Below, piece by piece: positions 1 through 10,370 of a stretch of 64,000 nucleotides of DNA (positions are counted from its first letter, which is position 1; each line of letters opens with the position of its first letter). The position numbers and the translations under genes were made by a program. Under the pieces are notes generated by a model. It searched no databases and was not told where the DNA came from. It saw nothing but the letters and a program-made list of their open reading frames with translations. The stretch comes from a virus (lineage: Duplodnaviria > Caudoviricetes). The DNA lies in the IMG/VR virus record IMGVR_UViG_3300038530_002083, positions 29,582-93,581 of that record. One strand, 5' to 3'.

Positions 1-1685
1 TTCGCTACAATCTTATCCGCACTAAGGGTGTTAGTTGTTATTCTATCACCATTAATACTATTAGCAACCATTTTATCCGTAGAAATACTTCCTGCTGCAA
101 GGTTTCCTGCTTGTATAGTAAGAGCAGCTATCTTTTCTGAGGTAATACTTTCTGCTACGATCTTAGATGCATCTAATGTATTAGTGAGTATCCTATCCCC
201 ATTAATAGTATTAGCTGTCATCTTATCAGTAGTAATAGCACCGGATACAATCTTAACAGCAGTAACACTATTAGAAGCTAACTCATCTGAAGTTATAGCA
301 CTAGCCGCTATTTGGTCAGCAGTTATAGTATTGGCTATTAATTTACTCCCTGTAATAGTATTACCTTGGATCAAATCCCCTGTAATAGTGAGAGCCGCAA
401 TCTCTCGTGAGGTAATACTATTAGCTAGTATCTTATCAGCCGTGATAGTATTTGCAGCTATCTTATCACCTGTAATAGCAAAAGCTGCTATCTTAGAACC
501 AACGATACTATTAGCTGCTAAAAGAGGAGTAGTAATAGCGTTATCGGATATCGAAGTAGTCTGTATAGGGAAAAGACTATTAACCTGATTAATACCTTTA
601 GCTGCTTTAATTTCTGCAATAGTGTTATTGATTAAAGAATTAACATCTTCTACAATGTATATCCCTTCATTAATCTCTTCACTATTCAATTCTAAACTAT
701 CTAAGTCTTGCTGAACTTGGTCTAACGTATCCGTAACATTAGGGATGATATTATCATTTAAGTTAGCTACATCAGACTCTACTGCACTTAACTCTGTTTG
801 AATTTGAGGAACTACAGTGTTGTTTAGAGTGTCTATATCTGCCTGTGCTTGGCTTAAACCATTTTGTAATCCTGTTAGGTCAAGATTATCTAAATCGTCT
901 TGTACGGCTTGTACAGAAGCTTCTAGCGCAGGTAAAGTAGTGTCATTAAGAGTTGCTAAGTCTTGATTGATTAGGTCTAACTCTTGTTGTAGTTCTGTAA
1001 GGTCAACTCCATTAAGGTTTTCAATTTCTAACTCTGCTTGTGTTAGTCTAGCCTCTAGTGCAGGAAGGGTAGTGTTATTAAGGGTATCTAGTGACCCCTC
1101 TAATTGAGAAATAGATTCATCTAGCTCCGGCAAGTCTACTTCATTTAGATTCGCTAAGTCTTGTTCTACTTGAGCTATTGTAGCATTAACTTGAGGTAAG
1201 ACAACATTGTTAAGGTTATCTAATTCTGCCTGTAATGCAGGAAGCTTCTCATTATTAACAACATCTAATTCTGTATTTACTAGAGTAATTTCTTTAGCAA
1301 ATCTTTTGTTAGTTTTAGCGTTATCTATAACAGCATTTACTTCAGCTACAATAGTAGTGTAAGGGTTCTCGAAATCCTCTCCTAAGATTTCATTAATCTT
1401 AAGTTCAATTTCACGTTGGATTCGTTCAGATGCGATTGCTTCTGATACTTGGTCTTCTAGTTCTTGTTCAAAAGAAGATTCTATATCAGGTAATAGTTGA
1501 TCTACTATTTGCTGAATAAAATCTTCACCTTGACCAGAAACAGTATCAAGGATTAACCCTTGAAAGTTGCCAAGCTTTATTTTATAATCTTGCCCATCAG
1601 TAACCCGTTTAACGTAGAAGACAAAGTTTTCTTCATCAGTTAACGTAGCTATCTCAGGAAAATCTGTAATCTCGAATTGTGCCAT
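1..1685 (-). CDS. Tail fibre / long fibrous virion protein (3' end outside window)
   Basis: ATG at 1685 with AAGGA RBS (MAQFEITDFPEIATL...); frame checked at both ends; ~25-aa coiled-coil repeats (LNxxxLPxL) then 10-aa ITADKIxANS-type repeats; downstream of baseplate genes. Not in ORF track because it runs off the edge. Confidence 0.8.
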   Translation of the reverse strand, partial: MAQFEITDFPEIATLTDEENFVFYVKRVTDGQDYKIKLGNFQGLILDTVSGQGEDFIQQIVDQLLPDIESSFEQELEDQVSEAIASERIQREIELKINEILGEDFENPYTTIVAEVNAVIDNAKTNKRFAKEITLVNTELDVVNNEKLPALQAELDNLNNVVLPQVNATIAQVEQDLANLNEVDLPELDESISQLEGSLDTLNNTTLPALEARLTQAELEIENLNGVDLTELQQELDLINQDLATLNDTTLPALEASVQAVQDDLDNLDLTGLQNGLSQAQADIDTLNNTVVPQIQTELSAVESDVANLNDNIIPNVTDTLDQVQQDLDSLELNSEEINEGIYIVEDVNSLINNTIAEIKAAKGINQVNSLFPIQTTSISDNAITTPLLAANSIVGSKIAAFAITGDKIAANTITADKILANSITSREIAALTITGDLIQGNTITGSKLIANTITADQIAASAITSDELASNSVTAVKIVSGAITTDKMTANTINGDRILTNTLDASKIVAESITSEKIAALTIQAGNLAAGSISTDKMVANSINGDRITTNTLSADKIVA

Positions 1686-1695
1686 TATGATTCCT

Positions 1696-1719
1696 TATAA
1701 AGAGGGGAATACCCTCTTA
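1696..1719 (-). terminator. Possible hairpin terminator between baseplate and fibre genes
   Basis: AAGAGGG/CCCTCTT inverted repeat with short U tract on - strand. Confidence 0.4.
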
Positions 1720-1737
1720 TGAGATACAGAAGGTATT

Positions 1738-2448
1738 CTATGCAACACGTACCCACATATACTCTGCGATATAAGGGCTAACATTGCTAGAAGAGTTAAT
1801 TCCACCAGAGGTTGTGTGGGTATGCGACCCTGAAGTAGAAGTGTCATTAGAGTTAGCCGCATGAGCTAAAGACTCTTGGAAGTGACCTTCTTCTCTATCT
1901 CCCGACCCTGTAACAAGCCTTCCTTCTATACTATCTTGATATCGAGCGAAGAAGCCTCCATTCTGGTCTGCCCCCCATCCATCTCTAGGTACGGTATGAG
2001 TATGTGACCCCGCAGAGTTAATAGTGATGTTGTTAGAGTGAGAGTGAGTCTTAGACCCTCCTGTCTTACCAGCAGCATTGTAGTCAGAATCGTTCTCATC
2101 TACACCTACAATCATCTTACCTTTGATGCGCTCCCATGTACCAAAACCAAAACGAGATGCAGGACTTTGAGAGGTAGCACTAATGTATACTGCACCTACA
2201 TGGAAGATTTGTTCAAGTAGTGCTGACCCTGCACTTACTGCTAAACTATCCAATTGATTTTGTAGATCAGTAAACATCTCGTGGTATTTGTCAAACATAT
2301 AGTTAACATGGGCACGAGCTAGAGGTTCATTACGTTTTAAACCGTCATTCTGAAATTCAGCGGTAGGGGCTACCTTGTTAGGGGCGTTAGTTGTAGGGTC
2401 TGTGACACTGTTATCTGCCCACTTTATTTCGTTAGTGTTAATTGCCAT
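1738..2448 (-). CDS. Baseplate/short tail-fibre protein (gp10-C-like His-rich tip)
   Basis: SPASRFGFGTWERI, GGSKTHSH, HTHT motifs and YMWVRVA C-terminus. Confidence 0.7.
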   Translation of the reverse strand: MAINTNEIKWADNSVTDPTTNAPNKVAPTAEFQNDGLKRNEPLARAHVNYMFDKYHEMFTDLQNQLDSLAVSAGSALLEQIFHVGAVYISATSQSPASRFGFGTWERIKGKMIVGVDENDSDYNAAGKTGGSKTHSHSNNITINSAGSHTHTVPRDGWGADQNGGFFARYQDSIEGRLVTGSGDREEGHFQESLAHAANSNDTSTSGSHTHTTSGGINSSSNVSPYIAEYMWVRVA

Positions 2449-2463
2449 TTTATTTATTTCCTA

Positions 2464-3147
2464 TTACTTTGTATACACTTCACAAGGGATTCCATATTCA
2501 GTTAGTGAACCGTCTAGTTCAGATAATGTACCTCGCCAAGCATTTTCTGAAAGCTCCGCACCTAAACCTCCTACAATAATATTGTTACCATTATTGTCTA
2601 CCACTTCATCTCCGTTATTATCTACTAGTATACCTGTCTCTCTAACTAACTCCGCAGGAATTAATGCTACGTCATCAGGGTCATGGTAAACTTGAATAGC
2701 TCCATGTGAAATAGGAGCAGCTTTCGTTAAAGTAGATGCTAAAGTGGAAGGGATTGTAGTACCATTAGTATATAGATTGCCTCCTACAGGATAGTGAGGG
2801 AAACTTTTAACTATGGTAGCATTAGTTATCAGAGATAATATTTCTAAGATATCATCAGGTGTTCCTTCAGAGGTATTTATCAATATCTGTAGTTGTATAG
2901 CTTCTCTATATGAAGTGTCTGACCTACCCCCACGTTTGATACCTACTATCTTACCTATGTAGTCAAGTTGAATACCAAAAGCGGTTTGGATAGACCTATT
3001 ATTAAGCAGGTCAAACAAAGAATCTTCTGTGGTCTGCACTCCCTTCATCCAGCCTTTTAAGAGAGCTTCGATATTAGGTTTATCTTTAAATTGCTCTAAT
3101 AAACGACTGAATGCTTGGTCTTCATGGTTCTTGACTACTGGTATCAT
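2464..3147 (-). CDS. Baseplate wedge protein (DUF2612-like)
   Basis: A-G-QLDYIGKIVG-R motif; follows baseplate J gene. Confidence 0.75.
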   Translation of the reverse strand: MIPVVKNHEDQAFSRLLEQFKDKPNIEALLKGWMKGVQTTEDSLFDLLNNRSIQTAFGIQLDYIGKIVGIKRGGRSDTSYREAIQLQILINTSEGTPDDILEILSLITNATIVKSFPHYPVGGNLYTNGTTIPSTLASTLTKAAPISHGAIQVYHDPDDVALIPAELVRETGILVDNNGDEVVDNNGNNIIVGGLGAELSENAWRGTLSELDGSLTEYGIPCEVYTK

Positions 3148-4589
3148 TGTTGTACCACCTGTATTCTAACTGCATCGAAATCAGCTTTAGTTCTTCCATC
3201 GATAGCAATACGGTCTGTAGAATATTGAACTTCGTCAGGAGTAGGAGAGGCAGGGTTAACTGATGTACCTACTTCTACTGTCATTTCTGCGATACCGTTG
3301 ACTGCATTGTAGATGTATCCAATAAAACGTTGCGGTATTACATCTTCATCTAAGGAAAGAAGATCGCCTACTTCTAGAACAGTGTCTTTAATAGTTTGGA
3401 TTCCATCGTCAGGGAAAGTCTCTTCGTCATAAGCATCAAAAGTTACTCTGACATTAATATAACGTAAGGTAGGTCTAGACCACTTAACTGCTTCATTGTT
3501 CCCTGCATAATCTTGAACTATAGTTGTTGTAGTTCCATACGTTTCTACTCCAAGAGGCATAGTTTCATAAATAGTCTGCCCAATAGTTTGTTCATCCCCA
3601 CCTTGAACTATACATTCGAAACTCTTATAAGGAAGACCATTAGTATTGACTGTACCACTCTTATTCTCAAATACTCGTACTTGAGATACACCAGTTATAT
3701 TAGAGAGTTTTGAGAACATAGCGGGGGCAGTAGCGTTCCCTGATATTTGGGTACTACCTGCGTGACGTATCCGTAATTCTTCGTCTGTCTCTTTTTCTCT
3801 ACCTACTGTGAGTTTGAAATAGTTATATACCTCTTGTATACCCCCTACAGGGCTTACTAGGGTGTTTAGTGTGCCTATCTCAGGGTCTATTTGCCCTACT
3901 CTCGTTGCGGTGACAACTACTGGGACTTCCACCTCTGTAACTTCTAAGTTAGGGTTAGGTACAACAGACATTGTATTCGATTTGTCGATTAACTCTATTT
4001 CAAGCTCTGTGCTGCTAGGGAATCCTAATCGAATACTAGTAGGAGCAGAACCTTGAATCTCGTTATATAAACCTACCACAATGGCAGAAGGTGACGTAGT
4101 GTTTTGGTAGGTTACGCTATAAGTAGTCCCATCGATAACTACAGAGAAAATACCTGTACTATTTGTAGGAGATACTACTACTTTAGTTGCATTAAGATTG
4201 CTTACATCTGCTGCAATAGAGTTAGTGTACTGATTACCTTGCGTATCAGAGAAAACCGTACCAGCAGGGATAGAGGAGCTTATAACGACACTAGATACAT
4301 GAATAATACCTGTAGAAAAACTCTCATTCAACCTTTTTAGCTTTGTAAGCGCTACAAGGTCATCTAAGTATTTACCCTCTGCTTTATCTATGTTAAAGTT
4401 GTCAGCTACCGCTTGTGCTAACTCTTCGATATCTGCTACTGAAGAAGCGAAAATATTAGTAATGATACTAAGAACTTGATCAGGAGAAGTGTCTAATTCT
4501 ATAGCTAAGTTACTAGCCATTTCTTCAAACATCTCAGACCTAATATCTGGGAAACGTCTAGCATCAAAACCTGTATTGGTTAATGACAT
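3144..4589 (-). CDS. Baseplate J-like wedge protein
   Basis: AEGKYLDDL, GREKETDEELRIR motifs. Confidence 0.85.
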   Translation of the reverse strand: MSLTNTGFDARRFPDIRSEMFEEMASNLAIELDTSPDQVLSIITNIFASSVADIEELAQAVADNFNIDKAEGKYLDDLVALTKLKRLNESFSTGIIHVSSVVISSSIPAGTVFSDTQGNQYTNSIAADVSNLNATKVVVSPTNSTGIFSVVIDGTTYSVTYQNTTSPSAIVVGLYNEIQGSAPTSIRLGFPSSTELEIELIDKSNTMSVVPNPNLEVTEVEVPVVVTATRVGQIDPEIGTLNTLVSPVGGIQEVYNYFKLTVGREKETDEELRIRHAGSTQISGNATAPAMFSKLSNITGVSQVRVFENKSGTVNTNGLPYKSFECIVQGGDEQTIGQTIYETMPLGVETYGTTTTIVQDYAGNNEAVKWSRPTLRYINVRVTFDAYDEETFPDDGIQTIKDTVLEVGDLLSLDEDVIPQRFIGYIYNAVNGIAEMTVEVGTSVNPASPTPDEVQYSTDRIAIDGRTKADFDAVRIQVVQQ

Positions 4590-4598
4590 ATTACATCC

Positions 4599-4964
4599 TT
4601 AAAAATTTATGTTCTGTTCTACTGTAACTATTTCTCCTGTCACGGTAGTTACATTAAAAGTTAAAGAGTAAACACCACTGGTAGATAAAGTAGAAGAGAA
4701 ACTATTTAAAGATACAACACCTTCGTCATTGTTAATCTCACTCTTAAATATAGTATCTGCCACCGCTTTAGCATTACCACTCTTCCTAAATATTCTTTGG
4801 AAATACGGTATTCCTTCGGACAAATCTAGATACCACTCACCTAGGTAAGTTCTAAGCTTGATCAGAAGACGTTGTGCTGTTAAATCTTGTTGTGTAGAGA
4901 TTAAAGATAATTTCCCTTCAGTGAGGTCAAAGTCTCCGTCTCTTTTTAAATATATATCTGACAT
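4599..4964 (-). CDS. Baseplate protein (gp25/W-like)
   Basis: QRLLIKLRTYLGEWYLD..GIPY motif, synteny. Confidence 0.7.
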   Translation of the reverse strand: MSDIYLKRDGDFDLTEGKLSLISTQQDLTAQRLLIKLRTYLGEWYLDLSEGIPYFQRIFRKSGNAKAVADTIFKSEINNDEGVVSLNSFSSTLSTSGVYSLTFNVTTVTGEIVTVEQNINF

Positions 4965-4972
4965 ATTACCCT

Positions 4973-5674
4973 CTACTTAATTGTATCAATAAGACTTTTG
5001 AGGGTTTCAAAAGCTGCCTTATTATCGATAGGAGTACCACCAACTGTTATCTTACTTATTTCGTCAGTTAAATCTGACAAGTAACTTACTATATCTACGG
5101 TACTATTACCTATGATAACTTTATTCGTATCCACTGAATAAGCTTCTCTATAGCTCTGTACGGAGCTTTTAGCGTCAATGACTACATTATCTTTTGTAGT
5201 TAGAGAAGTCTCCCCAGAGGGCGTTACAGACAGCTTAAAGTCCTTAAAAGTTACTTGGAAGTTATCTTTGTGAGCTTTTATAGAAGAACTAGTAGGGTGT
5301 ATACAAGGGATAGCTACCGCATCTGTAAGAGAAAACTTTCTAAACGTTTGAGGGGACTCATCTTTAGTACCGTCATGTAAAAATTTGTCAATGTCTTCTT
5401 GAGCGAACATTAACATAACAGGGTCGTCTACTTTCAAAGGGAAAGATACGATACCTTCAGAGCTAGAAGGAAACATAACAGGGACATTGGTTATCTCCTG
5501 TCTTTTGAATACCTCTCCGTTCTTGTACGCCTTGTGGTTAACTATCCTTACAGATACCCATTTGATATAATCTCCTTCAGTAACTACTTCTGTAATGTAG
5601 GCAGGGACACAAGTGTTTAGTGAGTTTTTAAATTTATTAATGAAAGAGTCTATTACTTCTGGTAAAGTTGTCAT
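4973..5674 (-). CDS. Baseplate spike (Gp138 N-terminal-like)
   Basis: VPVMFP..FPLKVDDPVMLMF..R.FSLTDAVAIP. Confidence 0.75.
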   Translation of the reverse strand: MTTLPEVIDSFINKFKNSLNTCVPAYITEVVTEGDYIKWVSVRIVNHKAYKNGEVFKRQEITNVPVMFPSSSEGIVSFPLKVDDPVMLMFAQEDIDKFLHDGTKDESPQTFRKFSLTDAVAIPCIHPTSSSIKAHKDNFQVTFKDFKLSVTPSGETSLTTKDNVVIDAKSSVQSYREAYSVDTNKVIIGNSTVDIVSYLSDLTDEISKITVGGTPIDNKAAFETLKSLIDTIK

Positions 5675-6699
5675 ACTTTTTCACACTCCACTTTAGTATC
5701 CCAAGCTGCGCCTCTATAGTCTAACTGATGTGATACAGAGATAATCTTATACAATCCATAATACTTAGTATGCTTATCGAGAGGGTCAGACGTAGGGACT
5801 ATATTAATAAACTTACCTTCTGCAATAGTTCCATTAAGAAATGTAGTTAACGTTATGCGACTCTTCTCTTTCGTGTTAGAGTCTCGTTTTACATCTTGTT
5901 CTCCATCCGATATCCCTTTTATTAAGGACATATCGAGTTCTACTACATCTCTTACTCTGTTTTCGAAAGCAGACTGTATATATAAGACCCCATTTACGAT
6001 ATACCACTGGTAGTTAAAGGCATCACATATTTCATCTGTTAAGTCTCTAAGATAACCTTCTCCTGTCCAACCTCCTCTAAAAGGTACAGTAGAGGGATGG
6101 ATCGGTAAGTCATCAAACCTGATAGAACTGTTAGTTGAAGCTATCCCATTCTTATTCCACACGCTAATTAGATAATCAAATACATCATTAGCTGTTACAG
6201 GAACTTCCTCTGTAGATTTAAGAGATTTATTCACTTTAATAGCAGTAGAAGGTGTATACCCATCTTGGCATATAAGTTCTACATAGCTATCATGCCTTTT
6301 AGTAACATGCTTAGATTGTTTTACTTGCCCTGAGAAGATAACAGGAAGATTATCATTAAGGTAATCATCTTCATAACCTGCTTTTAAGATAACTTTAAGA
6401 TTACTCATTGTCAAAGCTCTTACTGTCTCTTCTGACAAGTTATAAACTTTGATTGTACATCCTCTCGCGTTAGACCCTTTACTTTCCACATTACCATTTA
6501 CGGTAGCAGTTAGTTGGTTTTCTGTAACACTCTTACCTGTACCTTCCGCTGTCTGTACAGCCATAAAATTAATAGGACTATCAAACGTTAATGTGTTAGA
6601 GTCTGTGGCATTAAGAGAAGGGTATACAGGGTCTTGTAGTCTATATGTCTCAGGAAACCCTACAAGAAGTTCATAGTATCTAGAATAATTGTACTGCAT
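5671..6699 (-). CDS. Baseplate hub protein
   Basis: IKVYNLS..LKAGY..IFSGQV..DG; H..DYRG..W C-terminus. Confidence 0.7.
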   Translation of the reverse strand: MQYNYSRYYELLVGFPETYRLQDPVYPSLNATDSNTLTFDSPINFMAVQTAEGTGKSVTENQLTATVNGNVESKGSNARGCTIKVYNLSEETVRALTMSNLKVILKAGYEDDYLNDNLPVIFSGQVKQSKHVTKRHDSYVELICQDGYTPSTAIKVNKSLKSTEEVPVTANDVFDYLISVWNKNGIASTNSSIRFDDLPIHPSTVPFRGGWTGEGYLRDLTDEICDAFNYQWYIVNGVLYIQSAFENRVRDVVELDMSLIKGISDGEQDVKRDSNTKEKSRITLTTFLNGTIAEGKFINIVPTSDPLDKHTKYYGLYKIISVSHQLDYRGAAWDTKVECEKV

Positions 6700-7039
6700 T
6701 GTTTACTCCAAATAAAACAGCCTCTTCTTCAGACACCCATGCCAGTCTATAAGCCTTTCCTCTCCCTAAGTTAGAAAAAGACAAAGGGGAGTAGTCATTA
6801 CTTACCCTAAGGCAAACTAAGACCCCTTCGAAGTCTTCTAGTATATACCTGTTGGTTACAGCTTGGTTAGGTTCAAGTTTAACTCCACTAATAATCTCTA
6901 CTTGAGCAGAGGAGTCTAGTAAGGTTATATACCAACTGTCATTACGGGAGTTATACTTAAAAACTAGGACATAAGAAGAATTACCTAATGTAACGCGTTG
7001 TTCTGAATAAGGGGTACTTGAATTATTAATAAATAGCAT
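6680..7039 (-). CDS. Virion/baseplate protein
   Basis: F.YNSR.DSWY motif, synteny between Dit-like and hub genes. Confidence 0.6.
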   Translation of the reverse strand: MLFINNSSTPYSEQRVTLGNSSYVLVFKYNSRNDSWYITLLDSSAQVEIISGVKLEPNQAVTNRYILEDFEGVLVCLRVSNDYSPLSFSNLGRGKAYRLAWVSEEEAVLFGVNNAVQLF

Positions 7040-7041
7040 AA

Positions 7042-7662
7042 TTACTCATCTCCCACAATAGCCCTTCCAAAAGCTCCTGCCGCTTGAGCAAAGAAATTTG
7101 ACCCTACGAACTCTTGTCCAGCATTGATAAGAAGTGTAGTCTGTAGAGGCTTCTCTTCTGTACTATTATCGCCTTGTTTAGCTTTAGCTCTGGCTTGTTT
7201 CTCTGTCTCAGGGGCTTGAGGAGGAAAGGTTATATTTTTAGCTTTGTTAGTAATGATTATCTGCTTGAGGTCGATATTAACTGACCAAGAAGACCCCATA
7301 CCTGAACTCTTTAAAAGGTGAACATTCTCTATCACTACATTGTCATAGGTCTCAAGAGAGTCATCTACAGCTAAGGTAAATACAGCTTTAGTGTCCATTA
7401 GATTATGAAAAGCTTTAATACTATCTTCAGGACTTCTATAGTATTCTAGGCTGTAGTTTCTAACATCAGTTAATATACCTTTTAGATTAAACCTGATAGG
7501 TTCAGGGAAAGAATTATCGGTGACAGAGAACCCTTGTTCCACAGGAACGTCTGTCACACTATTTCTTTTAGTTATCCCTATTTCAGAGGTGCAGGTAAGT
7601 TCGTAATATTCTACGAGACCTCCTGCTTCTTTTTGATGTATAATATAAATTTCACTAGACAT
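7042..7662 (-). CDS. Tail tube initiator / Dit-like protein
   Basis: VTDVPVEQG..VTD motif directly after tape measure. Confidence 0.65.
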   Translation of the reverse strand: MSSEIYIIHQKEAGGLVEYYELTCTSEIGITKRNSVTDVPVEQGFSVTDNSFPEPIRFNLKGILTDVRNYSLEYYRSPEDSIKAFHNLMDTKAVFTLAVDDSLETYDNVVIENVHLLKSSGMGSSWSVNIDLKQIIITNKAKNITFPPQAPETEKQARAKAKQGDNSTEEKPLQTTLLINAGQEFVGSNFFAQAAGAFGRAIVGDE

Positions 7663-9620
7663 TAGAAAGCCCCTGATAGTATATAAGTGCTGTTAGATTT
7701 AGTAGTAACTTCATTGATCTTAGCTTCAAGACCTTCTTCCATTTTAACTTCTACTTTAAGAGGGTTAGGTATCTGATTACGATCAAAACTCTTAGCCCAA
7801 CTGTCGTTACTGTTAGAGGAATCGAACATCTTTCTTGCTGTCATAAATGCTTCAGTAGGACTACTAAGAGAGCTTAATAATTCACCACCTGTAATACTTG
7901 CTTTATTGAAGTCTATGTCTTTACCCATAGCGACTTCTAACATACCAACTTTACCGCTAGTAAACAGGGCAGCTATTTCATCAAACACACCTAGGATAGC
8001 TACAGCAGCAGCATAAACAGGGCGAAGAACTAATAATAAGAAAGACAACTGTGTGCCAATATTCTTAATACTATCCTCTCCGAAAGCCTCTGTCATACTA
8101 TCATGTAAATTCCCAAAGGTTTCAGCTAAGGTGGTGATTATAGGAATTACTACTTTAACTATACCTTCAATTAGATTGAAGACAGTTTTAAAGACCTTAC
8201 CTAACCCTTCAAGTGCTTCTTGATTTTCCCTAGCGAACGTAGTTAAGGTTTGGAATAAGTCTTTAAGTCCTTCAGAGAACCCACCGTCGAATATAGTCTT
8301 CTGTGCTTTCTCCATTTCGTTAAAGAACTGACCTTGTGCTACCCTTAGTGTATCTAGTTTAGTTTCTAGTCCCACAGCAGCTACAGCTTTCATTTCTTTA
8401 GCTACTTTAGGTAGAACATCAGCAGCAAGAAGTTCACCGTTTTCCATCATTTTAAACAGTTCAGCTTCACTCTTACCTATTGATCTAGCAAAGATTTGTA
8501 TAGCTCCGGGCAATGATTCGGCTAACTGTAATCTAAGTTCCTCTGAACTTATTTTTCCTTTGTTCATCATCTGCGTAATAGCATTCATAGAAAGCTTCAT
8601 ACGCTCTTTAGAGACACCTAATGTAGTCCCTAATTCAGATAGACCTTCAAATAGTTCTCTAGTCTCTGATTGGTCTAGTTTTCCTTTAGATGCGAATAAG
8701 AACTTAGTGTATGCATCAGAAGTATCTAGAAGAGATAACCCTAAACGAGAGGTCATCTTGTCCAAGAATTCTATTTCTTGTGATGCTTCTTGTGATGTCC
8801 CAGTAGCTGCCAACATTGCAGACTGCATAGCTTCAAACTTCTGACCTACCGTATTGATAGATTGTGCTGTAGCGAGGACAGCAAACAGTGAAGCATAAGA
8901 ACGTATCATGTGTCGAGTAGAGTCATTCAAACCTTGCATGGCTAGATTAGCTTTTCTAGTTTGCATTGTTGCTTGACGTTGCTTATAAGCATATTCAGAT
9001 ATAGTCTGATTTAATCTAGCAAACTCTGCCCTATTCCCTTTAGCTAACTCCGCTTGTTTTTTAAGTTGACGTACATCATCTTCACTTAACCCTGCTTTAC
9101 GCGCTCTCAGTTCAATCTGACGGACTCTAACATTATTATAGATGTCTTGGTCTCGTGCTGCCTCTTTTCGTCTCTGAGAGGCTTGGAAGGCGCTTTTAGG
9201 AGGCATATTGTTAAACTGTTTCTGTTTAACTACCTCTGCGGTTATTTGCTTCTCTGCATTAAGTTCTTTCTTCTTAGCAGCAGCACGTTTCTTGTCATTG
9301 GCTGTCTTAGCTTCAAAGTGAGCTTTATCTAACTCAATACGAGTCTTTTCAAGAGTAGCTATCTTTTTAGTAGCAGCTATAGACCTTTTATACTTACCAA
9401 CGTCAACCCCTTCTTTTTCAGCTTTAGTTAAGAGCTTCTGTATCTGAAGTTGTTTTCTCTTAAAAGCTAACTCTTTAGCTTGGGCATCACGTTGTTGTTT
9501 ATTGTGTACTTTAGCTGCTTTCTGTGATTGTTGTTGTAGCCTTAGTAGACTTTTTAATTTGTTTAAATCGTCTGCACTAAAACCTAAGTCAATTACAAAC
9601 TTTTCTACATTATTTGCCAT
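7662..9620 (-). CDS. Tail tape measure protein
   Basis: AITQMMNKGKISSEELRLQLAESLPGA tape-measure motif; helical Ala/Lys-rich. Confidence 0.9.
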   Translation of the reverse strand: MANNVEKFVIDLGFSADDLNKLKSLLRLQQQSQKAAKVHNKQQRDAQAKELAFKRKQLQIQKLLTKAEKEGVDVGKYKRSIAATKKIATLEKTRIELDKAHFEAKTANDKKRAAAKKKELNAEKQITAEVVKQKQFNNMPPKSAFQASQRRKEAARDQDIYNNVRVRQIELRARKAGLSEDDVRQLKKQAELAKGNRAEFARLNQTISEYAYKQRQATMQTRKANLAMQGLNDSTRHMIRSYASLFAVLATAQSINTVGQKFEAMQSAMLAATGTSQEASQEIEFLDKMTSRLGLSLLDTSDAYTKFLFASKGKLDQSETRELFEGLSELGTTLGVSKERMKLSMNAITQMMNKGKISSEELRLQLAESLPGAIQIFARSIGKSEAELFKMMENGELLAADVLPKVAKEMKAVAAVGLETKLDTLRVAQGQFFNEMEKAQKTIFDGGFSEGLKDLFQTLTTFARENQEALEGLGKVFKTVFNLIEGIVKVVIPIITTLAETFGNLHDSMTEAFGEDSIKNIGTQLSFLLLVLRPVYAAAVAILGVFDEIAALFTSGKVGMLEVAMGKDIDFNKASITGGELLSSLSSPTEAFMTARKMFDSSNSNDSWAKSFDRNQIPNPLKVEVKMEEGLEAKINEVTTKSNSTYILSGAF

Positions 9621-9630
9621 ACTTAATTAC

Positions 9631-10292
9631 CTACTTTTTCATATTTAATTCATGGTCTTTATGTGCAGCAAATTCCATATCTTCATACACTGTTATCCCT
9701 TCTAAGTGGTCAAAGAATTGATCCATTGTATAATATTGCAGAGTATCTAAATTCTCTTTATTGTATTTGCTCTGGTATACTCTATATAGTAATTGACGTT
9801 CTTGGTTAAAATGTTTATAGTGTTCTATTCTTTTGAGGACATTTCTTCGGTATGCCCCTGCTGAATCATTGCTACTACTTTCAGAAAACGCTGTTTCATA
9901 CCGTTTCCCGTAAAAAAACTCTCAAAGTTCTCCCGTAGTGCAAACTCTAACACTTCCATCATTTCACCGTAATTAGCAGAGAAATATTCATCAAGGTCAA
10001 TAGACTGTCCTTCTACTTCCATACCATCTAACAGAGTGAACACTAGATTAGACGCATCTGCTTTTTCTAGTTGTTGGCATACTACCAATGATAACTCTGA
10101 GAAAGTTTTAGGCGCACCGTGAATAATCTCATCATGCTTAAGACCATCTAATGTACCACCTACTACAGGGGCAATCACATTAAGTAATCTTCGTGCTACA
10201 GGGATACCTTGGGTGATTGCAGGAAGCAATCTAATTGATATTTGCTTATTATTCGATAACTTTGTTTCACTATATTTAGTTTTACCTAACAT
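9631..10292 (-). CDS. Tail assembly chaperone, -1 frameshifted form (GT-like)
   Basis: T TTT TTT (9918-9912) and G GGA AAC (9909-9903) in 0-frame register; the -1 frame is open from there to TAG at 9633-9631. Confidence 0.75.
9825..10292 (-). CDS. Tail assembly chaperone (G-like)
   Basis: Between tube and tape measure; FALRENFESFF followed by slippery sites. Confidence 0.8.
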   Translation of the reverse strand: MLGKTKYSETKLSNNKQISIRLLPAITQGIPVARRLLNVIAPVVGGTLDGLKHDEIIHGAPKTFSELSLVVCQQLEKADASNLVFTLLDGMEVEGQSIDLDEYFSANYGEMMEVLEFALRENFESFFTGNGMKQRFLKVVAMIQQGHTEEMSSKE

Positions 10293-10314
10293 ACCATTCT
10301 CCTTTATTTTTGAA

Positions 10315-10350
10315 TAAAAAAGGGCAAACAGAAATAAATCTATTTGCCCT
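10315..10350 (-). terminator. Rho-independent terminator after tail tube
   Basis: AGGGCAAA/TTTGCCCT stem followed by U run on - strand. Confidence 0.7.
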
Positions 10351-10370
10351 CAAGTTAATAATTAAAATTA

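Noticed and set aside
28-588. 186-aa hydrophobic ORF on + strand
   Set aside because: Antisense shadow of the 10-aa repeat fibre gene on the - strand
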